A stretch of DNA of 64,000 nt from an uncultured delta proteobacterium (GTDB lineage Bacteria; Desulfobacterota; Zymogenia; Zymogenales; Zymogenaceae). The translations under genes were made by a program, and so were the position numbers. The notes under the pieces are model-generated. The model ran no database searches. It had not been told where the DNA came from and worked only from the letters and a program-made list of their open reading frames with translations. Of the stretch, positions 43,934 through 54,573 are shown one piece after another (position 1 is the stretch's first letter; every line of letters begins with the position of its first letter). Location: contig CAVTLK010000002.1 of assembly GCA_963735595.1 (NCBI GenBank), positions 480,001 through 544,000 on the forward strand. Direction: 5' to 3'.

Positions 43934-43949
43934 AGCAATAGGCGTGCCA
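43934..43949 (-). promoter_or_regulatory. Sigma-54 promoter of V4R paralogue 1
   Basis: TGGCACG-CCTA-TTGCT, a full consensus match. Confidence 0.85.
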
Positions 43950-44184
43950 TAACGGAAAACGGCGGCCTTTTTTTGTCACGCGGCCGGCCGGCGTGTCCGT
44001 AGTTCAACATATTGAATACAGGCGCTTTTTACGTAGGGGTGGGTTCCCCGGACGGCCGTACCGGGTGGAGAGCGCCGTGCGATGGGCTTCAGGCGGCAGA
44101 TTAGTGCAAAATATTTTGCAGGTGGTGTAAGAAATACGGTGGGTCAGGGATATCGCCGGATACGGCGGGGTGCGGGTCTCCGCA

Positions 44185-45452
44185 GTTGTTGCGAGGAGGG
44201 CACATCGGGGCCGATGTGGCAATCCCCCGACTGTCACCGGGAACCCCCCTCCGTCATTGCGAGGAGGCCGAAAGGCCGACGCGGCAATCGCATCAGAGCA
44301 GGGTGGGGGAGAGTGTCAACGAAAGATTTGACCCGTCGCGCCCTCTCTCGAAAGGATGGCCGCCTTTAATAATTATCAGCATATATGCCGCCCGTCTTGC
44401 GCTTACGTTACTTCACCGTCATTGCGAGGGCATTAACAGGAAACCCGAAACGTTTCCCTCAATGAATAAGGGTCAAACGGAGACTTGAGCCCTTTTAGTT
44501 TGTCCTTTTACTTTTTAAACAGACCGAGGCCTGCGGCACGGTGTCAGTAACCGAGAAACCAAGAAACCAAGAAACTAAGAAACTACGCCGAGCCCGCACG
44601 TGGGACTGGTTCCCCTGGTTTCTCTTTCCCGGCATAGTAAGAAACCATGTAAGTATATGATATCTTTTGAGATAGAGATATGGTTTCTTGGTTTCTTTAG
44701 TTTCAGGGATTACGGGGTACGCGGGCCGCACTAATGCGGCCCCTACGGGTGCTAACCGGGATCGCGGAGACGCTTGTAGGGGCGGCGATGTTTAATACTG
44801 CCGCTCCGGCGACGATTACTATTGTCATTGCGGGGAGGCCGAAGGCGACGAAGCAACCTTCTGACTGTCACCAAGGACGGCCCGCGTTATTGCGAGGAGG
44901 GCGCAGCCCGACGCGGCAATTGCATCAGAGCAGGGTGGGGGGGGGGAAGTGTCAAGAAAGACTTGACCCCTCGCGGCTCCTTTATATCTAAGGGATACTC
45001 CTTATTGGTGGTGACCTTAAAACTAACGTCAGGTCTCGCGAAATGAGTTAAGTTTAACGTAGTAGCTTTTGCCATAATACGTGTTTCGTGTGTATACCAA
45101 ATAATGATAAAGGCCGTAAATAATAGAATCCCATCTGTAATAGAAAAACAACTAATATTGGTAAGTATTATTGGTAAACAAACTCCGGCTAATAGTAAAA
45201 CTATAAGCGTCTCATAAACGTACGGGCTTAACTTGTCGATTAGGCAGGCTAATATTTTTTTAAACATAGCTATGTCTCTCCTGGTTACGGTCTCGGAACG
45301 GTTAGCATGATGTAATATCATATGGTGACAGTGAGGGGATTGCTTCGTCGCTTCACTCCTCGCAATGTCCGTATTTGGGGGGGGTAAGAACCAAAGCCGG
45401 CCTTACTTGCAGAGAAACGCTGTAAGGGTCAAACGGAGACTTGACGCCTTTT
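44185..45452. repeat. Composite REP-like repeat region
   Basis: Two similar ~155-nt units (44185-44340, 44823-44975), an identical 22-mer TAAGGGTCAAACGGAGACTTGA (44467-44488, 45423-45444), an AAGAAACY 8-mer tandem (about 44553-44584) with an inverse copy (about 44681-44704), and a GTAG doublet (44723-44807). Confidence 0.8.
44887..45267 (-). CDS. AT-rich membrane protein gene fragment running into repeats
   Basis: MFKKILACL...two TM segments...IIIWYTHETRIMAK after GGAGA; the 3' end reads into repeat unit 2. Confidence 0.45.
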   Translation of the reverse strand: MFKKILACLIDKLSPYVYETLIVLLLAGVCLPIILTNISCFSITDGILLFTAFIIIWYTHETRIMAKATTLNLTHFARPDVSFKVTTNKEYPLDIKEPRGVKSFLTLPPPHPALMQLPRRAAPSSQ

Positions 45453-45460
45453 GCCTCCCT

Positions 45461-46135
45461 TCATTTGAAGTACTCTAAAACTAAATACACTATAACGCCT
45501 AGTAATGTTGTGAATAAAGAGCCCAGGAATACTAGGAAAATCTTCTCCTTATTCCTTTTAAAGAAGTGAACCTTTAACTTCTTACTCTCCACACTAATCT
45601 TATTAACCATCACGTAGTTTCGCATGTATATTACGATAAAGAAAAGAAATATTGAGATTAGCATCATATATAGTATTGGTAATGAATCTAAGCCAATAAA
45701 TCTAATACCTAAGAACATATTGAAAAAAAGATTCAGTACCATAAATACAGGGATACCTATAAAAATAGTACAAAACATTTTGTAAAAAATATCTATTGCG
45801 GGACTTTTCCGGGCTTTTAATAGAACTTCCTCTAGTTTCTTTGCGATGCCGAAAACCTTTACTGAGTCTTCACGATAAGTTATTTCTGATGTCCTAGGAT
45901 TTACTGTGAGTGAGAGTACGATGGCCCCATAATTAACGAATCTAAGTTCGTGGATTGGCTCATCAAGGTCAATCGTCTCCAGTTCATCTATGCTATCCAG
46001 GTTATGATCTCCAACCTGTAGCTCGTAATCTTTTGCTATATGCGTCCTGAATAAAGAATCAATCTCCTTTATATTATCTTTATAAAGGTTAAGCAGTGGC
46101 AAGACGATACTTTTTTCTACCTGTCTATCTCTCAT
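45461..46135 (-). CDS. AT-rich hypothetical membrane protein (three C-terminal TM segments)
   Basis: 224-aa ORF, visibly AT-rich relative to its flanks. Confidence 0.65.
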   Translation of the reverse strand: MRDRQVEKSIVLPLLNLYKDNIKEIDSLFRTHIAKDYELQVGDHNLDSIDELETIDLDEPIHELRFVNYGAIVLSLTVNPRTSEITYREDSVKVFGIAKKLEEVLLKARKSPAIDIFYKMFCTIFIGIPVFMVLNLFFNMFLGIRFIGLDSLPILYMMLISIFLFFIVIYMRNYVMVNKISVESKKLKVHFFKRNKEKIFLVFLGSLFTTLLGVIVYLVLEYFK

Positions 46136-46216
46136 AAACTAGCCCCACTAATTGCTCAAGGATTGAGTCCGAAAGAAACAGAAAGTCCTCGAATACTACG
46201 TTGTCCCTTATACCAG

Positions 46217-46603
46217 TCAGCACTCGGACGAACCTTCGCCCTCCTCTCGTCCCCCCAGATACCCCTTCAAATCCTCGTCCGACCATCCGCCGGGGCCGGG
46301 CCTGCTGGGGGTGCCGGCAAACAGCGGCTTGAGCGGTTTCGCGAAAAAGGGGGGCGTGCTCGGGATTCCGCCGGTGGAAGGCCGGGAGGGGAGGCTTCCC
46401 GTGGCGTCGCGGACGAAGCCGACCGCCCGGTTGTTGGAGGTCGAGAGGATCCCTTTCTCGAACCACCCACGGTGCCTCCCGTTGGTCCCGTAGACGTTAT
46501 TGTTCGTGATCCACGCCACGACCTTCCCGATCTTGCTGCGGAAGCAGTCCCGGTCAAAAATCAGCGCGGCGCGGCCCTGTTTGTCGAAGATCCATTCGGC
46601 CAT
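46217..46603 (-). CDS. Four-fold beta-flower-like protein
   Basis: Repeating WIFDKQG / VYGTNGRHRGWFEKG units followed by a Pro-rich tail ending GGWS. Confidence 0.6.
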   Translation of the reverse strand: MAEWIFDKQGRAALIFDRDCFRSKIGKVVAWITNNNVYGTNGRHRGWFEKGILSTSNNRAVGFVRDATGSLPSRPSTGGIPSTPPFFAKPLKPLFAGTPSRPGPGGWSDEDLKGYLGGREEGEGSSEC

Positions 46604-46775
46604 GATACTATCCCCTGAAACATGGATGACGGTGCCGTTTCCGGCGGCGCGCGACGGTGCTGTGAGGGCAGGTAGCGGAAACCGCGGCAGCGGGGCTGCA
46701 TTCAGGTGGAACAGGTGACGAGATATACGATACGGGCGCGGCCGGCCGCGCCCGTCGATACGACCATCTTACTGC

Positions 46776-46853
46776 GGACACCACATGTGGCGCCCCTACG
46801 GGTGCTGATGCGAATCGTCTATACGACTCGTAGGGACACGACATGTCGTGTCC
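46776..46853. repeat. GTAG-type REP doublet
   Basis: GGACACCACATGTGGCGCCCCTAC, a 30-nt spacer, then GTAGGGACACGACATGTCGTGTCC. Confidence 0.7.
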
Positions 46854-46864
46854 GGTTGTTCTTC

Positions 46865-49505
46865 TTAGCACTTCGAAAACCCGCAGGCCGTGCACGTCAC
46901 GCATCCGCTTTCGTGGACCATCGACGAGCCGCAGTCGGGGCAGGTCACGATCGAGCGCAGCGGCTCTTCGTCGCGGATGAGCTTTTTGATCTGGGGCTCG
47001 CCGGATTCTTCGATGTAGAGCCTCAGCGCCTTGGCGATGGCGTCCGAGCAGGAGAGGATCTGGCTCCCGTTGTACCAGAAGGGGCTGGGGCAGCGGATGC
47101 CCGAGAGCTGCTTGATGATCGAGTTGATGTCTATGCCGGAGCGGAAGGCAAGCGAGATCAGCCGGCCGGTCGTCTCGTTCTGGGAGGCCGAGCAGCCGCC
47201 CGCCTTGCCCATCTGGGCAAACGCCTCGAACAGCCCGTGCTCGTCCTCGTTGATGGTCACGTACAGGTCGCCGCAGCCGGTCTTCATCTTGCGGGTGGTG
47301 CCGCGGGTGACGTCGGCCCGCGGACCGGGGTGTCCGGGCGACGGTCAGCGGGGCGATGCCTTCCATCGGCAGCTCGAGCTGGGGCGCGGCCGCCCCCTCG
47401 CGGTTGACCTCGCCGATGTTGAGCACCTGGGCCTGGCGGCTCTTGTCCCGGTAGACCGTCACCCCCTTGCAGCCCAGCTCGTAGGCCAGCTCGTAGACGC
47501 GCCGGATGTCGTCCTCGGTGGCGTGCTCGGAGAAGTTGACGGTCTTGCTGACGGCGTTGTCGGTATATTTCTGGAAGACCGCCTGCATCCTGATGTGCCA
47601 TTCGGGGGCGATGTCGTGCGCGGTGACGAAGACGCGCTTGATGCGGTCCGGGACTTCGCTCGATGCCGGAAAGCCCGCCGGTCTTGGCGATCTTTTTCAT
47701 CAGGTCGTCGCTGTAAAACCCGTCGCGCTTGGCGCGGGCCGCAAAGAGCTTGTTGACCTCCACGAGCTCGTCGTCGTCCATGACGTTTCGGATGAACGAC
47801 AGCGCAAAGATCGGCTCGACGCCGGAGCTGGCCCCCGCGATGATGCTGATGGTGCCGGTGGGGGCGATGGTGGTGGTGGTGGCGTTTCGCATCATGCGCA
47901 CGCCGTCTGCGGCGTACGTGCTCTCGGGAAAGTTGGGAAACGACCCCCGGTCGACGGCCAGCTTCATCGAGGCTTCCTTGGAACGGCTCTGGATGAAGCT
48001 CATGACGTCTTCGGCGGCCGCCAGGGCCTCCTCGGAGTCGTACGGGATATCCATCTGGATGAGCATCTCGGCAAAGCCCATCACCCCCAGGCCGATCTTG
48101 CGGTTGGCCTTGGTCATCCGCGTCTATCTCGGGCAGGGGGTAGTGGTTGGCGTCGATGACGTTGTCCAGAAAACGCACGGCGCGTCTCGACCACGCGCGC
48201 CCAGCTTCGTCGAAAGTCCGGCGTGCCGTCGGGCGCGACCATGTGGGCCAGGTTGATGGAGCCCAGGTTGCACGACTCGTACGGCAGCAGCGGCTGCTCG
48301 CCGCAGGGGTTGGTGGCCTCGATCGCGGCCGGCCTTCGGCGTCGGGTTGTCGGCGTTGAGCCGGTCGATGAAGACGATGCCGGGCTCGCCGCTCTTGTGG
48401 GCCATCCGGACGATCTCGTCGAATATCGGCGCGGGCGTTCTTTTTCTCCTGGTTTCGTCCGGTGCGGGGGTTCTTCAGGTCGTAGTCGCTGCCGTCCGTC
48501 GACGGCCCGCATGAACTCTTCGGTGAGGGCCACCGAGATGTTGAAGTTGTTGAAGCGCTTCAGGTTTTCCTTGGCGTGGATGAACTCCTCGATGTCCGGG
48601 ATGGTCGATGCGCAGGATGCCCATGTTGGCGCCGCGGCGGGTGCCGCCCTGCTTGATGGCCTCGGTGGCGGCGTCAAAGACGGTCATGAACGAGACCGGG
48701 CCGCTGGAGACGCCCTTGGTCGATTTCACGATGTCGTTTTTGGGGCGCAGGCGCGAAAACGAAAAGCCGGTGCCGCCGCCGCTCTGGTGGATGAGGGCGG
48801 TGTTTTTCACGGTCTCGAAGATGTCTTTGAGCGAGTCGCCCACCGGCAGCACGAAACAGGCCGAGAGCTGCTGGATCTCCCGCCCGGCGTTCATGAGGGT
48901 GGGGGAGTTGGGCAGAAAGTCGACCGAGGCCATGAGGGTATAGAAGGCGCGCGCGACGCCTTCCACGTCGCGCGGCCGGGTCGTAGGTCCGCTCGACCCC
49001 GGCGATGTTTCGCGCCACCCTGAGGAACATGTCGTTGGGCCGCTCGACGATCGCCCCGTCTTCGTCTTTCCTGAGGTAGCGCCGCTCCAGCACGGTGATG
49101 GCGTTTTCGTCGAGGGCCGGCTCCATCAGGGGCGATTCATTGATCTGGTCGGGCGGGCTCGGGCGGCTACGGCGCGGGGCGGGACGCGCCTCGGGCGCGC
49201 GGGGCGGTTCCGGGGGGGCGTCGGCCGATGTCTCGGCCGATGCTTCGGCGGACGGGGCTCGTCGAGCACGGTCGTCGGCACGGTCGTCGGATTCGGCCGC
49301 CGGTTCGGAGTCCGCCGGGGCAGAGTCGGCCGGGGCGGCGTCGCCGCCGCCTCGGGGCCGTCACCGCCGTCTCGGGCGGCGGGCGCGCCGGTTCCGCCCG
49401 GCTGCTCCGGCGGGCCGGATGAGGAAGCTCGGGAAAGAGGTCCCCGGTCTTCGTTTCATCGGGCCGAGTTTGTCCGCGGGCGAAAAAGTCTTTGATCTGT
49501 GCCAT
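46865..49505 (-). CDS. nrdJ: Class II (adenosylcobalamin-dependent) ribonucleotide reductase, many frameshifts
   Basis: [62 protein letters not shown], then a TSCPD-like domain and a C-terminal CPDCG...CTACGFSKC. The start is at 49505 or 49126. Confidence 0.9.
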
Positions 49506-49570
49506 GGTGCACCTCGAAGATCGTGAAAGAGAAGCAATAACGGAGCGGAACAGCTCGTGAAACGGCTTTA

Positions 49571-49619
49571 CATCACTATGTAGTGTAGTGGATATATACT
49601 ACGGTCCAACATATTGTAT
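49571..49619. promoter_or_regulatory. Tandem NrdR-box-like sites
   Basis: Minus-strand ACACTACATAGTGATG and ATACAATATGTTGGAC, 33 nt apart and upstream of nrdJ; they resemble acaCwAtATaTwGtg. Confidence 0.6.
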
Positions 49620-49788
49620 GTCAAGGAAAAAGCCCGTAAAAAAAGCGGCCGTCGGCGCCGATTTTAACGATGCGCCGGGGCCGTCCGGGGCAGGGAAGAT
49701 CGGGGCCGGGGGGAACCGGGGGAGGGGGGCGCGTGTCCTAACTGTGAGAGGGGAGGGAGAGAGGCGTTATCCTGGCGGGGGAGGCGTC

Positions 49789-50105
49789 CGGGTGCCACGG
49801 GCAACCGTTGGTTGCCCGTGCCGGGAGGGACACCGACAAGCGTTGCTTGTCGGTGGCACCCATCGCCATGCACCGCGCAATGACGAGGGAGGTTCCCGGA
49901 GTTAGTCAGGGGATCGCCACGGGGCCTAAAGGCCCCTCGCGATGACGGTATGTGCCGGGAGGGACACCGATAAGCCGGGTTGCCACGGGAGCTGTCGCGC
50001 CCTCGCAATGACAATAGTAATCGTCGCCGGAGGCGACATCGTTATGTATTGTCGGTAGCACCCATCGCCATGCACCGGCAAGCTTCGCTTCGCCGGTGGC
50101 ACCCA
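49789..50105. repeat. Cluster of GGGTGCCAC-type REPs interleaved with GTCATTGCGAG-type repeats
   Basis: Hairpin units at 49790-49820, 49831-49862 and 50073-50105, plus an interrupted unit at 49965-50064. Confidence 0.85.
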
Positions 50106-50178
50106 TCGCGATACGCTATGCGATGGCGGTATGTGGGGGAGGGGGGTCGGCCGCGATTGACTGCCTCCCGAAAACCTG

Positions 50179-50207
50179 TTGACAATGCATATAATATTGC
50201 ATAAAAT
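50179..50207 (+). promoter_or_regulatory. Sigma-70 promoter of the tol-pal operon
   Basis: TTGACA-N17-TAAAAT. Confidence 0.65.
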
Positions 50208-50249
50208 AGACATAATTTACTTCAAACATTATATGTAATAGAGGCAGAG

Positions 50250-51024
50250 GTGGATCTTTTCGAAGCGAATCAGCGACCTGTTATTCGGCAACGCCCAGGA
50301 CATCGAGACCATCACGTCCATCACGCAGGCGGGGCCGGTGGTCAAGGGGGTCATCCTGATCCTCCTGTTCTTCTCGGTCGTCTCCTGGGGCATCATCATC
50401 TACAAGTTCTTCGTCATCAACGCGGCCCGGCACGAGTCGAGCCAGTTCCTGGACGTCTTCTGGACGAACAAGCGCCTCTCGATCCTCTACGAGGAGGCGC
50501 GCCGCTACAAGAAGAGCCCCATCGCCCAGGTGTTCCGGGCGGGGTACCTCGAGTTCCAGCGGGTCGTCTCGGCCGCCCGGATCCCGAAGGCGCGTACCGA
50601 CGAGCAGGGCAACCCCAACGCCAGGGACGCCGCCGGCATCAGCACGGAGCTGCTGGGGGTGGAGAGCATCAGCCGGGTGCTCAGGCGCAGCATCATGGAG
50701 GAGGTGACCCGGCTGGAGAGCTACCTGACGTTTCTGGCGACGACCGGCAGCACCTGCCCCTTCATCGGGCTGTTCGGCACGGTCTGGGGGATCATGAACG
50801 CCTTTCGCGGAATCGGGATCAAGAGCTCGGCCTCGATCGGGGTGGTGGCCTCGGGGATCTCCGAGGCGCTGATCGCCACCGCCTTCGGGCTGTTTGCGGC
50901 CATCCCGGCCGTCGTGGCGTATAACTATTACCTGAACAAGATCAGGGTGCTCACCACGGAGATGGACAACTTCTCCTCGGAGTTTACCAACATCGTGGAG
51001 AGGCACGTAAAGCGGATCAAGTAG
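50250..51024 (+). CDS. tolQ: TolQ (MotA/TolQ/ExbB), frameshift near the 5' end
   Basis: LATTGSTCPFIGLFGTVWGIMNAF, GISEALIATAFGLFAAIPAVVAYN. Confidence 0.92.
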
Positions 51025-51439
51025 ATGGAGACCCGCAAGAAGGAGTTCACCACCCTCTCGGAGATCAACGTCACCCCGCTGGTGGACGTGATGCTGGTGC
51101 TGCTGATCATCTTCATGGTGACGGCGCCGATGCTCCACGAGGGGCTGGACGTGGAGCTGCCCCAGGTAACGGGCGGAGTCGATCGCCAAGGAGTCCTCGA
51201 CGGTGACGGTCACCGTGACCAAGGAGGGGCGCGTCTTCGTCGACCAGGAAGAGGTGACGCTCGGCGAGTTGACCTACCGCATGGAGCAGATGCGGCGCTT
51301 CTGGCCGGACAAAAAGGTCCTGCTGAAGGGGGACAAGAACGTTTCGTACGGGACGGTGGTGGAGGTCATGGCGGCCCTGAGGTACGGCGGGATCGTCGAC
51401 CTGGGCATGGTGACCGAGCCGCTCCAGGAGGAACAGTAA
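51025..51439 (+). CDS. tolR: TolR/ExbD, frameshifted
   Basis: [25 protein letters not shown], then [16 protein letters not shown]. Confidence 0.9.
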
Positions 51440-52408
51440 CGCCCAGGAGAAGATCGATATCGAAAACCCAGCGGCCCAGGTCGGGACTCTCTCTCACGAT
51501 CGTGCTTGTCGGCGGCTCATCCACGCTGGTCCTCTTCGGGCTGCTGGCCTACAACGTCGCCTCCGACAAAGAGGAAACGGTCGTCTTTTCCCCCCCCTAT
51601 TCGGTGAGCCTGGTCTCCGGCGATGAGCCGGGAGAGGGCGGGCAGGACGGCGTGGAGCCGCCGGTGATCGACGGAACGGACTCCAGCCCGCCGAGCCGGC
51701 AGAGACCGTGACCGAGGCCGAGACCGTGACGATCCCGGTCGAGAAACCGTTAGAGGTCGCCAAGAACGAAGAAGCCGGAAAAGCCGCCGCACCGGCGGTA
51801 ACCGAAGAGAAGAAGAAGCCGATCGACCGAGAAAGAAGACCGAGACCACCGAAGACCTTGACTTCGGCCATCGAAAAGATCAGGAAGAAGATCGAGGCCG
51901 AGGAGGCCGCCAAGAAGAAGGAAGCCGACGAAAAGAGGCTCGCCGAGAAGCCCAAGGAGACGGCGAGCCACCGGCCCGGAGACGGCGAAACAACCGGCCA
52001 CGCCGAAGGACCGCGGTACCGCCGGCGGGCGCCGGCACGACCCCGCGCCCGGCAAACCGGGAGGGGGCAACCCCTACGGCTACGACAACGTGTTTACCGC
52101 CGGCGGCAGCGGCTCACGGCGTGCCGGACGCCGACCTCTCGGCCTACTACAACGAGGTATGGAAGCGGATACGCTCGGTCTGGGCGATGCCCGACGGCAT
52201 GAATTCCAGCAGCCTTTCGACCGTGTACGGCATCAGGATCGACCGGCAGGGCAGGATCGTGGATGTCTGGATGGAGAGCGGCTCCGGAAACGGCATGTTT
52301 GACGACAGCGCGTTTCGGGCCATCAAGAAGGCCGACCCGCTTCCTCCCATCCCCGAAAAATATACGGATACCACGATGGACGTGGGAATACAGGTTTCAT
52401 TCGGATAA
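51440..52408 (+). CDS. tolA: TolA/TonB-like energy transducer, frameshifted (start approximate)
   Basis: A TM anchor, a Lys/Glu/Ala-rich linker and a C-terminal IRSVW...IDRQGRI...[22 protein letters not shown]. Confidence 0.75.
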
Positions 52409-52420
52409 GCGGTGAGGAGC

Positions 52421-53778
52421 ATGAGACGAAGCATCATTACGGTATCGGTGATGGTCGGCATCCTTATCGGGATTGTTCGGCACGTTCGGGTCCGCCCCGG
52501 CCAAGGTCTACATTGATATCGACGCCCCGGGCTTCAGGAAGTTTCCGGTGGCGGTCCCCGACTTTATCGCGGTGTCGGCAAAAGACACCGCGGCCGCCGA
52601 GGAGGCCAGAAAGGCGCTCCTTTCGGCGACCTCTTCAATGGCCGGCATCTTCGACGTGGTCAGCCCGGTGCGGTATACCCCGAACCCGGATCCGGCGCAA
52701 CGATACCTCTCCAAGACCAACTACGCCGTATGGAAGAAGGCGGGGGCAGACGCCGTTATCAGGACGACCTACGAGATGTCGGGAAACAACATCCTCGTGG
52801 AGATCCGGCTCGTCGACGTCGTCAACGAGCGGCTCGTCTTCGGCAGAAAGTATAAGGCGGGCAAGAACGACTTCTCCCGGGTTATCCACAAGTTTGCCGA
52901 CGACCTGATGCTAGGAGTATACCGGCGAAAAGGGGATCTTCCAGACCATGATCAGCGTTTGTTACCGATCTCCACGGGAAAAAGGAGATCTACATCATGG
53001 ACCTGGACGGCAACAACAAGGTGCGCCTGACGAGCAACCGGGTCATCGACCTTTCGCCCGCGTGGTCGCCGGACGCCACGAAGATCGTCTACTGCTCCTT
53101 CAAACAGCGCGCGCCCAAGATATTCATGATGAACATCAAGACCGCATTCCGACCGACTGGTGGCGGGGTTCGAGGGGATCAATATCGGCGCGGACTTCTC
53201 GCCTGTGGGCGGCGGCATCGCCTTTACGTCGAGCAAGGACTACTACCCGAACCTCTACATGATCTCGGAGGGCGGGCACGGGGCTCAAGCGCCTCACCAA
53301 CGGGCCGGATATCGACGTCTCGCCGTCTTTCTCGCCGGACGGCTCCATGATCGCGTTTACCTCCGACCGGGGGGGGTCTCCCCAGATATACGTCATGAAT
53401 CCGTGGCGACCGGGGCGGCCAGGACGGATTACCTATTCGGGCGGGTACAACACGTCTCCGGACTGGTCGGCCCGCGGAGACAAGATCGCCTACGTGGGGA
53501 TGACCGGAGGGATGTTTCATATCTACGCCGTCAACAAGGACGGCACCGGCACCACCCGCCTGACGTCGGGTACCTACGACAACGAGGACCCGTCGTGGTC
53601 GCCCGACGGGAGGTTTATCGTCTTTTCCTCGACGAGGTCGGGACGCTCCCAGCTCTACTGGATGCGGGCCGACGGTACCGACCAGACGCAAATACCGGCG
53701 ACCGGGGGCAATGATACGTCGCCCGAGCTGGTCGGGGCGCGTGATTTTTTAACGCGGATACGGATCGCCGAGGGATGA
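52421..53778 (+). CDS. tolB: TolB beta-propeller protein, frameshifted
   Basis: KVYIDI...FPVAVPDF, HKFADD, repeated SPAWSPD / PDWS / PSWSPDG, AFTSDRGGSPQIY. Confidence 0.88.
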
Positions 53779-53839
53779 AAATAGTATTGAATGAACGGTT
53801 AAATTCGTTTATAGTAGTATAAAAATGGAGGGATTCGGC

Positions 53840-54356
53840 ATGAAGGCAGTGAAATATATACCGTTAGTAGCCGTCCTAAGCATACTTCTTGTTGTTGACG
53901 TTCGGGTGCAAGACGACGACGAATACGTCGGTTGAAGGGCAGCGGGAACCACGGACGTTGGGCCGGGCCACGGGATTACAGGGCACCGAGATTCCCGGAG
54001 AAGGGCTGGACGGGACCCTCTACGGGCTGGAGGACATCCATTTCGAGTTCGACCAGTCGTCGCTGAATCCGGAGGCCCAGGAGGTGTTGAGGAGAAACGC
54101 CGACTGGCTCCGGAAGAACTCCTCCGTTTCGATCGAGGTCGAGGGGCACTGCGACGAGCGGGGGACGATCGAATACAACCTGGCCCTCGGCGACCGGCGG
54201 GCGCGCAGCGCAAAGGACTTCCTGGTCAATCTCGGTATCGGCGCGGCCCGGCTGCGCACCATCAGCTACGGCAAGGAAATGCCGATGGACCCGGGACATA
54301 CCGAGGGAGCGTGGGCAAAGAACCGACGGGCTCATTTTACGATTATCTCGAAGTAA
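53840..54356 (+). CDS. pal: Peptidoglycan-associated lipoprotein Pal, frameshift in the signal peptide
   Basis: LTFGC lipobox, IHFEFDQS, EGHCDERGTIEYNLALGDRRA, ISYGKE, KNRRA. Confidence 0.92.
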
Positions 54357-54480
54357 CGAATCGGGACGGTTGGCAGCCGCCGGGGCTGGCGCGGATACAG
54401 CGCGCGGTTCCCTGCGATACTGCGATCGTATCGAAGGGCGCCGGCCGTCCGATAGGGTGAGGGGTCTCTTCGATAAATAC

Positions 54481-54508
54481 GTGTAACGTGTAACGTGTAA
54501 AGTGTAAC
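54481..54508 (+). repeat. Heptamer tandem repeat (GTGTAAC) x4
   Basis: GTGTAAC GTGTAAC GTGTAAA GTGTAAC. Confidence 0.8.
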
Positions 54509-54521
54509 GCATAAAGGGTTT

Positions 54522-54556
54522 ACGGCCCCGCCCCGGCAAGTGGGGCCGTTTTATTT
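54522..54556 (+). terminator. Terminator-like hairpin after pal
   Basis: ACGGCCCC...GGGGCCGT followed by TTTATTT. Confidence 0.5.
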
Positions 54557-54573
54557 GGCCGATTTGTTTGCAT

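Noticed and set aside
44185..45452. Possible CRISPR array
   Set aside because: Repeats are of several types, in mixed orientation, with irregular spacing, and there are no cas genes.
44887..46603. Integron cassette array
   Set aside because: No RYYYAAC...GTTRRRY attC structure after the genes and no integrase in the window.
49789..50105. Possible CRISPR array of 32-nt palindromes
   Set aside because: Units are inverted relative to each other, vary in stem sequence and match the RAYT flanks.
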